Notes under the pieces: model-generated
Database searches by the model: none
Seen by the model: only the letters and a program-made list of their open reading frames with translations
What the model was told of the DNA's origin: nothing
Shown here: positions 19,651 to 26,403 of the stretch, piece after piece
Layout of the letters: each line of letters begins with the position of its first letter
Position numbering within the stretch: position 1 is the first letter of the stretch
Position numbers and translations under genes: made by a program
Assembly: GCA_965215265.1 (NCBI GenBank)
Contig: OZ244048.1
Coordinates: forward strand, 128,001 to 192,000
DNA: 64,000 nucleotides
DNA from: Candidatus Poribacteria bacterium
Lineage (GTDB): Bacteria > Poribacteria > WGA-4E > WGA-3G
Direction of reading: 5' to 3'

Positions 19651-19995
19651 CTAGAAGAATCCAAAGTTTTTATTTTCACAATTATTGTCTATGTGCTTGT
19701 CGTCAATTGGGCTCAGGTCTCGAATTTGATTACCATAGAGGCCAAGCCATGTCAGATTTTTGGCATGTTCCAAGCCGGTTAAGTTTTTGATTTCACTATC
19801 GCCTGCATCTAATCGCGTTAATTTTTGCATCTCCAATTCCGTAAGCGGGATTTGTTCAGGTAAACCGAGTGCTTCTTGTACTGCCTGTCGCAAATTGGGA
19901 TCCGGCATCCATTCGTTTTCTGCCACTGCGGCAAAATCGGATGCAATACCAAGTACAATCAGAATGGCTAAACCGAATCGACAAATCTGTTTCAT
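19651..19995 (-). pseudogene. Truncated secreted leucine-rich-repeat (internalin-like) protein
   Basis: Signal peptide, cap WMPDPNLRQAVQEAL and two LRR units (LTRLDAGDSEIKNLTGLEHAKNLTWLGLYGNQIRDLSP), then an abrupt switch to AT-rich non-LRR sequence and a stop. Confidence 0.75.
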
Positions 19996-19997
19996 AA

Positions 19998-21134
19998 CTA
20001 TCTACCTCCCGGAATTACTGCCACGTAAACTTGAGAATGCCCGGAAACGTCTGAGGTATACACAACCGCTGTTTCATCAGGACTAAAAGACGGGTGCGGA
20101 TGTGTCCATTGCGGTCCGTAGACGGTGTCGACCTTCATCTCCATCCAGCTGAGTGCCTGTTCTCTATCCGATGCCTGTTGCGCTGCGGCCCAATCCTCTG
20201 CGAGCGCGTACCGGTCAGTTTTCCATTGACTACCGCTTGAGGAGCTGTGCGGATAACAGATGGGCCTATGTTCTCCTGTTTCTACATCTACCAACCTTAA
20301 ACCGATATCTGGATGCACGGTATCACATAAAATCTTGGTGCCGTCGCGATTGCTGGCAATGTGCCATGCATTGAAATCGGCAATTGTCTGCATCTGGAGC
20401 GTTTCCAACGAGATGCACCGGAGCGCATAGGGCCAGTAAGTTACAATCAGTTCGTCTTTGTTGCCGAGGAACGTTTCGTGAACGAGAAATTCGTTATTGT
20501 CGTGTTGATAGAGCATCCGGTTTTCGGTGCCGTCGCGTCTGATAGTCCACATCCGTGGTGCTGGATCGCCGGAATAGGCGATGAGGTCTGCATGTTTGGG
20601 ATGGAACTGTGGATGGATAATTGTCTGCGTTGGAGAAGTATAGATAACCTCACCGCCGCTTCCATCGGTTGCTGTGACAGTGATGTGTGATTTGTCGTCG
20701 CGCTTCATTGCAGTGACAATGAACCGTTCATCGGCACTGACGCTACATTCACCGAGGCTGCTGCTGGGGAATGTTGCGAGTGTCCTTTCTGCCAACGTAT
20801 CCAACTCAATTGCCTTGATAGTAGGGCCTTGGGTGTAAAAAAGCTGAGTGCCGTCTTTGGCAATCACAGCAGAGTATCCGTGGATGTCATCAGCATCGGT
20901 GAGCTGCACGATATCGCCATCGGGAAACGCGACCTGAAAAAAGTTGGGTTTCCCCGAACGGTAAGAGGTAAAAATTACAGCCGTTTGGTCGGGTGTGAAC
21001 GAGGATGTGAGGAAATAGAGGTTGTGGTTAATAGATGTATCGTTGGTGAGTTGATAGCTCCGCGCCCCCGTTTCGGAATCTGTAAATTCTCTCAGTTCTG
21101 ATGGATGAACGGTGGCTTTTCCGTACTTTGCCAT
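19998..21134 (-). CDS. Oligogalacturonide lyase-like / TolB-like beta-propeller protein
   Basis: FTDSETGARSYQLT, LYFLTSSFTPD, HPQFHP, VHETF and HPHPSFSPDETAVVYTSDVSGHSQVY motifs; start at ATG 21134 after AGGAG. Confidence 0.75.
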   Translation of the reverse strand: MAKYGKATVHPSELREFTDSETGARSYQLTNDTSINHNLYFLTSSFTPDQTAVIFTSYRSGKPNFFQVAFPDGDIVQLTDADDIHGYSAVIAKDGTQLFYTQGPTIKAIELDTLAERTLATFPSSSLGECSVSADERFIVTAMKRDDKSHITVTATDGSGGEVIYTSPTQTIIHPQFHPKHADLIAYSGDPAPRMWTIRRDGTENRMLYQHDNNEFLVHETFLGNKDELIVTYWPYALRCISLETLQMQTIADFNAWHIASNRDGTKILCDTVHPDIGLRLVDVETGEHRPICYPHSSSSGSQWKTDRYALAEDWAAAQQASDREQALSWMEMKVDTVYGPQWTHPHPSFSPDETAVVYTSDVSGHSQVYVAVIPGGR

Positions 21135-21389
21135 GGGCTTATGACTCCTCATAATTTAAAATTACGTATCGGTATATTAGCAAAGTGTCAGTTTGTGTGC
21201 AATAAAAAAAATGATTCGGAAGGACAGGATCGGGCTGTCAATAATTTCTCATTTACCCCCATTTTTTTTGAAGTTTTGTGGTGAAAGGTTTTTGTTTAGA
21301 AAAGTGTGAGAAAAGCCGTGGGTTAGAGATACCCGAAACGGGGAAATCCAACATCTATGATAACGTGTTTTCAAGACATCTTCGCAGCA

Positions 21390-21451
21390 GCCTTTATTGT
21401 GCACTTGTAGACGAAAAAATGCCTTTATTGGGCTGCAGTAGACGAGAGAAC
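21390..21451 (+). repeat. Two tandem degenerate 31-bp units
   Basis: GCCTTTATTG-N7-GTAGACGA at 21390 and 21421; 23/31 identical by my count. Confidence 0.6.
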
Positions 21452-21452
21452 G

Positions 21453-21639
21453 TTACTTGCGAATCAACATCTTGGGTGTAGCGGTGAAGTCCCCAGCGGT
21501 GAGCGTGTAAGTAGACCTCGCTCGCCACCGGCTCCCCGACGGCGTTCTGGCCATCCCAATACGCCGCACGTGCCCGAGTCCGGTAAAACTCTGCCTGCTG
21601 ATGCCCGAACGCTAGTGTGCGGACGAGCGTGCCGTGTGC
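21453..21639 (-). pseudogene. Frameshifted remnant of an FlgD-Ig / T9SS type-A-like C-terminal domain
   Basis: Hand translation: AHGTLVRTLAFGHQQAEFYRTRARAAYWDGQNAVGEPVASEVY / frameshift / YTLTAGDFTATPKMLIRK-stop; no start or upstream domain. Confidence 0.8.
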
Positions 21640-21698
21640 AAACAGGGGACGATTCCGCCGTGTGCGAGTAGGCGTTGGGTTGTCTCAGCGGCACCACT

Positions 21699-21983
21699 TT
21701 ATTCGGTGAAGTGCTGCATGAACGTCTCAAGGTTCTCAGCGGTGGCGGCGGCTTGGCATAACTGCTTGAGGTGCTCGATGTCTTGGACGGCTTCCAGAGA
21801 CGGTTTTAAGAGGTGCACCGCCCCAGGATGGAAGCGCGTCTCAAGGATATCTAAGATAGCCTCGATGTGTCCTTTAGCGCGTCCTTGTTCTATACCTTGT
21901 TCTATACCTTGCTCTATACCTTGCTCTATACCTTGCGCGATAAATTCATCGCGTAACAGTTGGAAATACTTCGATTCTCGCAT
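21699..21983 (-). CDS. Candidate internally initiated small Rpn protein (RpnS-type antitoxin), 94 aa
   Basis: In-frame ATG (MRESKYFQ...) preceded by GGAGG-gactg, located just before the QGIE repeats. Confidence 0.6.
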   Translation of the reverse strand: MRESKYFQLLRDEFIAQGIEQGIEQGIEQGIEQGRAKGHIEAILDILETRFHPGAVHLLKPSLEAVQDIEHLKQLCQAAATAENLETFMQHFTE

Positions 21984-22622
21984 CAGTCCCTCCGGTATCA
22001 GACGTTTGAAAAGCGACGCGTCATGCACAATACCCCCGAAAACCGACAGCGCACACAGTAAATCCCCTTGCGCCCCCTCATCCAAATCCGTACCTGTCGT
22101 CGCGGTTATACATCTTTGAAGCCAAGCCGCTGACTCCAAACCTTCAGGCGGTTTCATCAACGGCGTGAGCGGCAACAGCCCAGGCGCAGCCAACGCCAAA
22201 ATAGATTCACCTGCTACTTCTATCAGACGGATAACCTTATACCGCAACCGATAGGCGTAGCCACACAGACTATATTCATACACACCCTCATCCCTTCGCC
22301 CCGCTGACGGATGGAAATACAGCACATTCGAATACACCGGCAGCTGGTATTCCCCGAGCAGATAGCCGTGATACGCTGCGTTTCGTGCCCACATCGGTTT
22401 GGGTGTGCTATCTCGCACCTGCAACTCTATGTGTAGGATAGCCTCTTCGTTATCAATACGGATACGCTTGGTGCTATCGACACGCTGCCCGATAACCACC
22501 TGTTGTTCCGTGTCAAGGTTTTCAAGCACCTGAACATTGTCCACCCCGAGTATAAACCGTGAGATGTCGTCGGCATGCTCCGTCAACAGCTCTTTTGCCA
22601 TATTATCATAGTCTTGTGCCAT
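21699..22622 (-). CDS. Rpn/YhgA-like recombination-promoting nuclease (PD-(D/E)XK, 'putative transposase')
   Basis: N-terminal YDNMAKELL, RVD...LHIELQ catalytic pattern, LPVYSNVLY, LLPLTPLM and C-terminal MRES..Y..(QGIE)n coiled region; start at ATG 22622. Confidence 0.85.
   Translation of the reverse strand: MAQDYDNMAKELLTEHADDISRFILGVDNVQVLENLDTEQQVVIGQRVDSTKRIRIDNEEAILHIELQVRDSTPKPMWARNAAYHGYLLGEYQLPVYSNVLYFHPSAGRRDEGVYEYSLCGYAYRLRYKVIRLIEVAGESILALAAPGLLPLTPLMKPPEGLESAAWLQRCITATTGTDLDEGAQGDLLCALSVFGGIVHDASLFKRLIPEGLMRESKYFQLLRDEFIAQGIEQGIEQGIEQGIEQGRAKGHIEAILDILETRFHPGAVHLLKPSLEAVQDIEHLKQLCQAAATAENLETFMQHFTE
21883..21936 (-). repeat. 12-bp coding tandem repeat (QGIE x4.5)
   Basis: ccttg(t/c)tctata repeated 4.5 times on the + strand. 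Confidence 0.9.
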
Positions 22623-22628
22623 AAAGTT

Positions 22629-22658
22629 ATTATACACCAATGTGTTGAAAAAAGTCAA
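22629..22658 (-). promoter_or_regulatory. Sigma70 promoter giving a leaderless rpn mRNA
   Basis: TTGACT-18 nt-TATAAT-aacttt-ATG with no SD. Confidence 0.65.
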
Positions 22659-22699
22659 GTATTTGTATATTCGTATATTTCAGCCCATCAACCGCTGAT

Positions 22700-22764
22700 G
22701 TGGCAGGATAGGTATTCTTTCTCTGTCCTCAAGGACAGTGGCAGGATAGGTATTCTGCCACTTT
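22700..22764 (+). repeat. 19-bp direct repeat x2 with hairpins (REP-like / terminator-like)
   Basis: gtggcaggataggtattct at 22700 and 22738; the spacer holds hairpin ctgtcct-ca-aggacag (overlapping copy 2 by one base); the second copy folds agtggcagga/ttctgccact followed by Ts. Confidence 0.7.
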
Positions 22765-22842
22765 TCTCACAAACAAACCTAACAATATCAGACACAGACG
22801 ACTCTCAAAAAAAATGGTGGTAAGCGAGGTCAATAATTTGTC

Positions 22843-22871
22843 TTGACAGAAATCTCTGAAAATTATATACT
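22843..22871 (+). promoter_or_regulatory. Sigma70 promoter of the YCF48-TolC-adaptor operon
   Basis: TTGACA-17 nt-TATACT. Confidence 0.7.
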
Positions 22872-22987
22872 ATGATTAACAGCATCTTTTTATTGTATCT
22901 TGTGTGGTTCGGCACGAGAATTCATGTTTTCAATCTAATCGATTACATCGTAGATTGAAATTGCAGTGTACTCATACGCAGGAGGAA

Positions 22988-24877
22988 ATGATGAAACGGA
23001 GAATAAAAATATTAGGGTTGGTGGTGGCGCTGCTGATACTTTGTGCTGCCCCGCATACGTTTGCACAAAAAACATGGCAGAAGATTAGTGAATCAAAGTG
23101 GAATGCTGATTTCTCAGATATCTTTTTTGTAGATGGGCAGCACGGGTGGATTGTCGGGAGCCATTCAACGATTCTTCACTCCGCCGATGGTGGGCAATCC
23201 TGGGAGCAGCAACCGAGTCAACCGTTACCTTTTGATATTGAATTGAAAAAGGTTCGGTTTATCGATCCGAAGACAGGCTGGGCTGTCGGAGACAATGGGA
23301 CGGTCCTGAAAACAACTGATGGCGGCAAGACGTGGATGAAAAAGAGTACGGACACACGCACCGCTTTGTTAGCAGTCTCTTTTGCCGATGCGCAGCATGG
23401 ATGGGCGAGTGGCGATGGTGGTCTGATCATTAGTACGACAAATGGCGGCACAACGTGGACAAAACAAACTATCGAGACGAATAACACCGTAGAAGGCATT
23501 CATTTTATCAATCCACAAGTCGGCTGGGCAGCCGGTGGTGGCGGAACGCTCCTCTATACAACGGACGGTGGACAAACCTGGGAATTCCAGACGAGCGCGA
23601 CGGTGAATACATTGGATGCCATCTTTATGCTGAATGAGAACGCGGGTTGGGCAGTCGGCTCTGGCGGTGCTGTCGTAGCAACAGCAGATGGGTCGAAGTG
23701 GGAGGTACAGGAAAGCAGTGTTCCGAACTCTAACGGCATGCCTGAACCGATTTGGGATGTCCATTTTGCTGATGAAATGTTAGGGCTCGCAGCTGCGGAG
23801 TTCGGTGTCATTTTGCGGACGACAGACGGGGGCAAAACGTGGAAGCCCCATGAACCGAGACCCGTCGCAGCACGGTTAACAGGCGTTCACATGATGAACA
23901 ACCAGGAGGCCTGGATAGTTGGGAATGCTTCAACGATTTTACACAGTAAGGATGGCGGAGAGACGTGGGATGTGATTTCTAACTTGAGTAAGTTGCGGGC
24001 GGGTACCTTTTATAATGATCAGCTCGGGTGGGCAGTTGGTTTGTCTGGGACTGTTTTACATACGAACGATGGTGGCGAAACATGGAAGCCCCAAAATAGC
24101 GGAAACGTCTTTGAACTTTTCGGAGTGGGGTTTGTCAGTGAAAGCAAAGGCTACATCGTCGGGAGTAATGCTGCACTGGTGGAAACAGAAGACAGCGGGC
24201 AAACTTGGGCAGGCGTAAGCGACCCGCGCGATGAGGGACACGGCACCGTCAAACGGATTGTTTTTGAAGGACCGATGAGCTGGCGCGGGGCGATGGGCTC
24301 TTATGGACTCAGTTTCGGTACGCCGACACACGGTTGGGCTGTCGGTGAGACCGGCAGGATTATGCACACTAGTGATGGCGGGCAGACCTGGGTCAGCCAA
24401 GAATGTGACCCGATGATGACTGGGGCAGGATTTAATAATCTGTACGGTGTACATTTCATTGATGGAAAAACCGGATGGATAGTGGGGGATGCAGGAACCA
24501 TCGCGAAAACAAACGATGGCGGAGAGACGTGGGCGACAATGCTAAAGGGTGCTGCCTTAAAAGATGTTTATGCCGTTAACCCGATGCTCGCCTGGATTGC
24601 CGGAGAACAAGGCACTATCATGGCTACCGTTGATGGCGGTACCGAGTGGATTGAACAGACAGTTCCAACGGCAGCGAACCTCAACGGTATCCTCTTTATT
24701 AATGAAAAAGAGGGCTGGGCTGTTGGTGAAAATGGCACAATTCTCCACACCACGGATAGCGGTGTAACCTGGGTAACGCAACCCTCACCAACAACGAATC
24801 ATCTTTATGATATCATTCAAACACCAAACGGTCAGCTATGGGCTATTGGGGATTCAACCACAATTCTGCGTTACTAA
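22988..24877 (+). CDS. Secreted YCF48/BNR-repeat beta-propeller protein
   Basis: Signal peptide; about 14 repeats of F.....GWAVG..G.IL.T.DGG.TW; AGGAGG SD. Confidence 0.9.
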   Translation: MMKRRIKILGLVVALLILCAAPHTFAQKTWQKISESKWNADFSDIFFVDGQHGWIVGSHSTILHSADGGQSWEQQPSQPLPFDIELKKVRFIDPKTGWAVGDNGTVLKTTDGGKTWMKKSTDTRTALLAVSFADAQHGWASGDGGLIISTTNGGTTWTKQTIETNNTVEGIHFINPQVGWAAGGGGTLLYTTDGGQTWEFQTSATVNTLDAIFMLNENAGWAVGSGGAVVATADGSKWEVQESSVPNSNGMPEPIWDVHFADEMLGLAAAEFGVILRTTDGGKTWKPHEPRPVAARLTGVHMMNNQEAWIVGNASTILHSKDGGETWDVISNLSKLRAGTFYNDQLGWAVGLSGTVLHTNDGGETWKPQNSGNVFELFGVGFVSESKGYIVGSNAALVETEDSGQTWAGVSDPRDEGHGTVKRIVFEGPMSWRGAMGSYGLSFGTPTHGWAVGETGRIMHTSDGGQTWVSQECDPMMTGAGFNNLYGVHFIDGKTGWIVGDAGTIAKTNDGGETWATMLKGAALKDVYAVNPMLAWIAGEQGTIMATVDGGTEWIEQTVPTAANLNGILFINEKEGWAVGENGTILHTTDSGVTWVTQPSPTTNHLYDIIQTPNGQLWAIGDSTTILRY

Positions 24878-24965
24878 CTCCGCCTAAGCGAGACAGTTTA
24901 ACCATGTATCCTAATGCTTATTGGCGCAGCTGCTTGGCTGCGCCTTTGAGGAGGAAGCACCGTTA

Positions 24966-26369
24966 ATGAATAGATTACGGTTCTGTTGTCTGATGGCAAT
25001 AGGAACCTTTTTATTAGTTTTGACAGACTTTGGGGGCGTTATAGCGCAAGAGGTGAGCGTTTTAACGTTAGCAGAAAGCATTGAAGTTGCCAAACAGAGC
25101 AATCTGACGATTCAGGCTGCCGAGGAGAACCTTAAAGCCGCTGAGGCACAGGTTCGCGTTGCTCGTGCTGGACTTTTGCCTCGCGTTACAGCCGATAGCA
25201 ACTATACCTATTTCAAAGACATCCAAACTTCTGTGATTCAAGCCGGCGGGGGATTTCAACTCCCTATGCCCGGGGGTGAAGAGGAGATGGAACAATCGCC
25301 CCCACCGCCGAGTGCTGACAATGAATCAGAGTTGATTGAATTGGAATTTGGCGCGCACCATAATTTTCAAGGCGGGGTGAGACTCACGCAACCGGTCTTT
25401 GCATGGGGACGTTACTACTATGCATATCAGGCTGCAAAACTGAATTATGAAGCAACAGAAAAAGAATTAAGAGCTGCCTATAATCAACTCCGCTTAGATG
25501 TATCTCAGGCATTCTATCGGGTTTTAGTGGCAGAAGAGTTTGTGAGAGTGGCGCAGCAAAGCGTTAGGTTGGTTGAAGAGCAGTTAGAAATCGCACAAAC
25601 CACCTTTGCAACAGGCACCGCGACTAACTTTGATGTCCTCCGTGCAAAGGTCCAGTTGGCAAACGCAAAGTCTCAGTTGGTTCAAGCGAAAAACAGCGTT
25701 AGAACCGCGAAAGATTTGTATAAAACCCTTCTTAATATCCCCCTCGGTGAAGAAGTAAAAATTCAAGGCGCTCTTGAAATACCAGAGGTTGTCCTTCAGT
25801 TGGATGCCTTAATACAACGTGCTTATGAAAATCGGCCGGATATCCAACGTTCTAAATTAAACGAGCACGCTCTACAAAAACAGGTGGATGTCGCAAAATC
25901 GCGCAGTAGACCTGATTTAAATTTTTTCACTAATTATCAAATTTCACATAGCGAAAGACTCACACGCATGAACCGTATCTGGAGCCTCGGATTCCAAATT
26001 AACATCCCGATTTTCGACGGGTTTGCGACACGAGCGACAGTGCAGCAAACCGAATCTGTGCTCAAACAAGCAGAATTAGGGAGTCAGCAACTCACATCGG
26101 CAGTAGAATTTGAGGTGCGCTCGGCATACTTGAGTCTGCTTGAGGCACAAACCTTGATTGAGGTACAGCGTGAAACCGTTGCACAGGCGCATGAGAGTGT
26201 CCGCATCGCAAATCTTCAGTTTGAAAACGGCATGATTACGACGGTTGCCTTAACAGATACGCAGCTTGCTCTGGCACAAGCTGAAATCAGCCGCCTCCGT
26301 GCATATCACGATTATGCCATCGGTTTGGCGCAGTTAGAAAAAGCAGTCGGAGCTCCGCTGTCAGAATAG
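24966..26369 (+). CDS. TolC-family outer-membrane efflux protein
   Basis: LTLAESIEVA, ARAGLLPRV, LTQPVFAWG and INIPIFDGF motifs; helical repeats. Confidence 0.9.
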   Translation: MNRLRFCCLMAIGTFLLVLTDFGGVIAQEVSVLTLAESIEVAKQSNLTIQAAEENLKAAEAQVRVARAGLLPRVTADSNYTYFKDIQTSVIQAGGGFQLPMPGGEEEMEQSPPPPSADNESELIELEFGAHHNFQGGVRLTQPVFAWGRYYYAYQAAKLNYEATEKELRAAYNQLRLDVSQAFYRVLVAEEFVRVAQQSVRLVEEQLEIAQTTFATGTATNFDVLRAKVQLANAKSQLVQAKNSVRTAKDLYKTLLNIPLGEEVKIQGALEIPEVVLQLDALIQRAYENRPDIQRSKLNEHALQKQVDVAKSRSRPDLNFFTNYQISHSERLTRMNRIWSLGFQINIPIFDGFATRATVQQTESVLKQAELGSQQLTSAVEFEVRSAYLSLLEAQTLIEVQRETVAQAHESVRIANLQFENGMITTVALTDTQLALAQAEISRLRAYHDYAIGLAQLEKAVGAPLSE

Positions 26370-26403
26370 TTCTAAATCAACGTCTAAAAAGGAGAAAACG
26401 GAA

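Larger units (their letters stand above)
21248..22828. mobile_element. 1581-bp TIR-bounded element with 11-bp target-site duplication carrying an Rpn-family nuclease
   Basis: GTCAATAATTT at 21237-21247 and 22829-22839. Left end CTCATTTACCCCCATTTTTTTTGA versus reverse complement of right end CTCGCTTACCACCATTTTTTTTGA (21/24). TGTGAGAAAAG at offset 58-68 from both ends (21305-21315; 22761-22771 reverse). Confidence 0.85.

Noticed and set aside
14274-19720. Type ISP gene as a TIR/TSD-bounded element or a TRD shufflon
   Set aside because: No terminal repeats, duplicated target, spare TRD cassettes or invertase found by eye.
21464-22119. Track ORFs 21464-21730 (-) and 21634-22119 (+, CSIP repeats)
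   Set aside because: They are alternative-frame or antisense shadows of the CTD remnant and of the rpn QGIE repeat.
21390-22756. The 31-bp and 19-bp repeats as a mini CRISPR array
   Set aside because: Only two copies each, no unique spacers of CRISPR size and no cas genes.
22988-24877. Recurrent gatggcgg/acctgg DNA motifs as a nucleotide repeat array
   Set aside because: Explained by the protein-level BNR/YCF48 blades; the same applies to the NHL gene.
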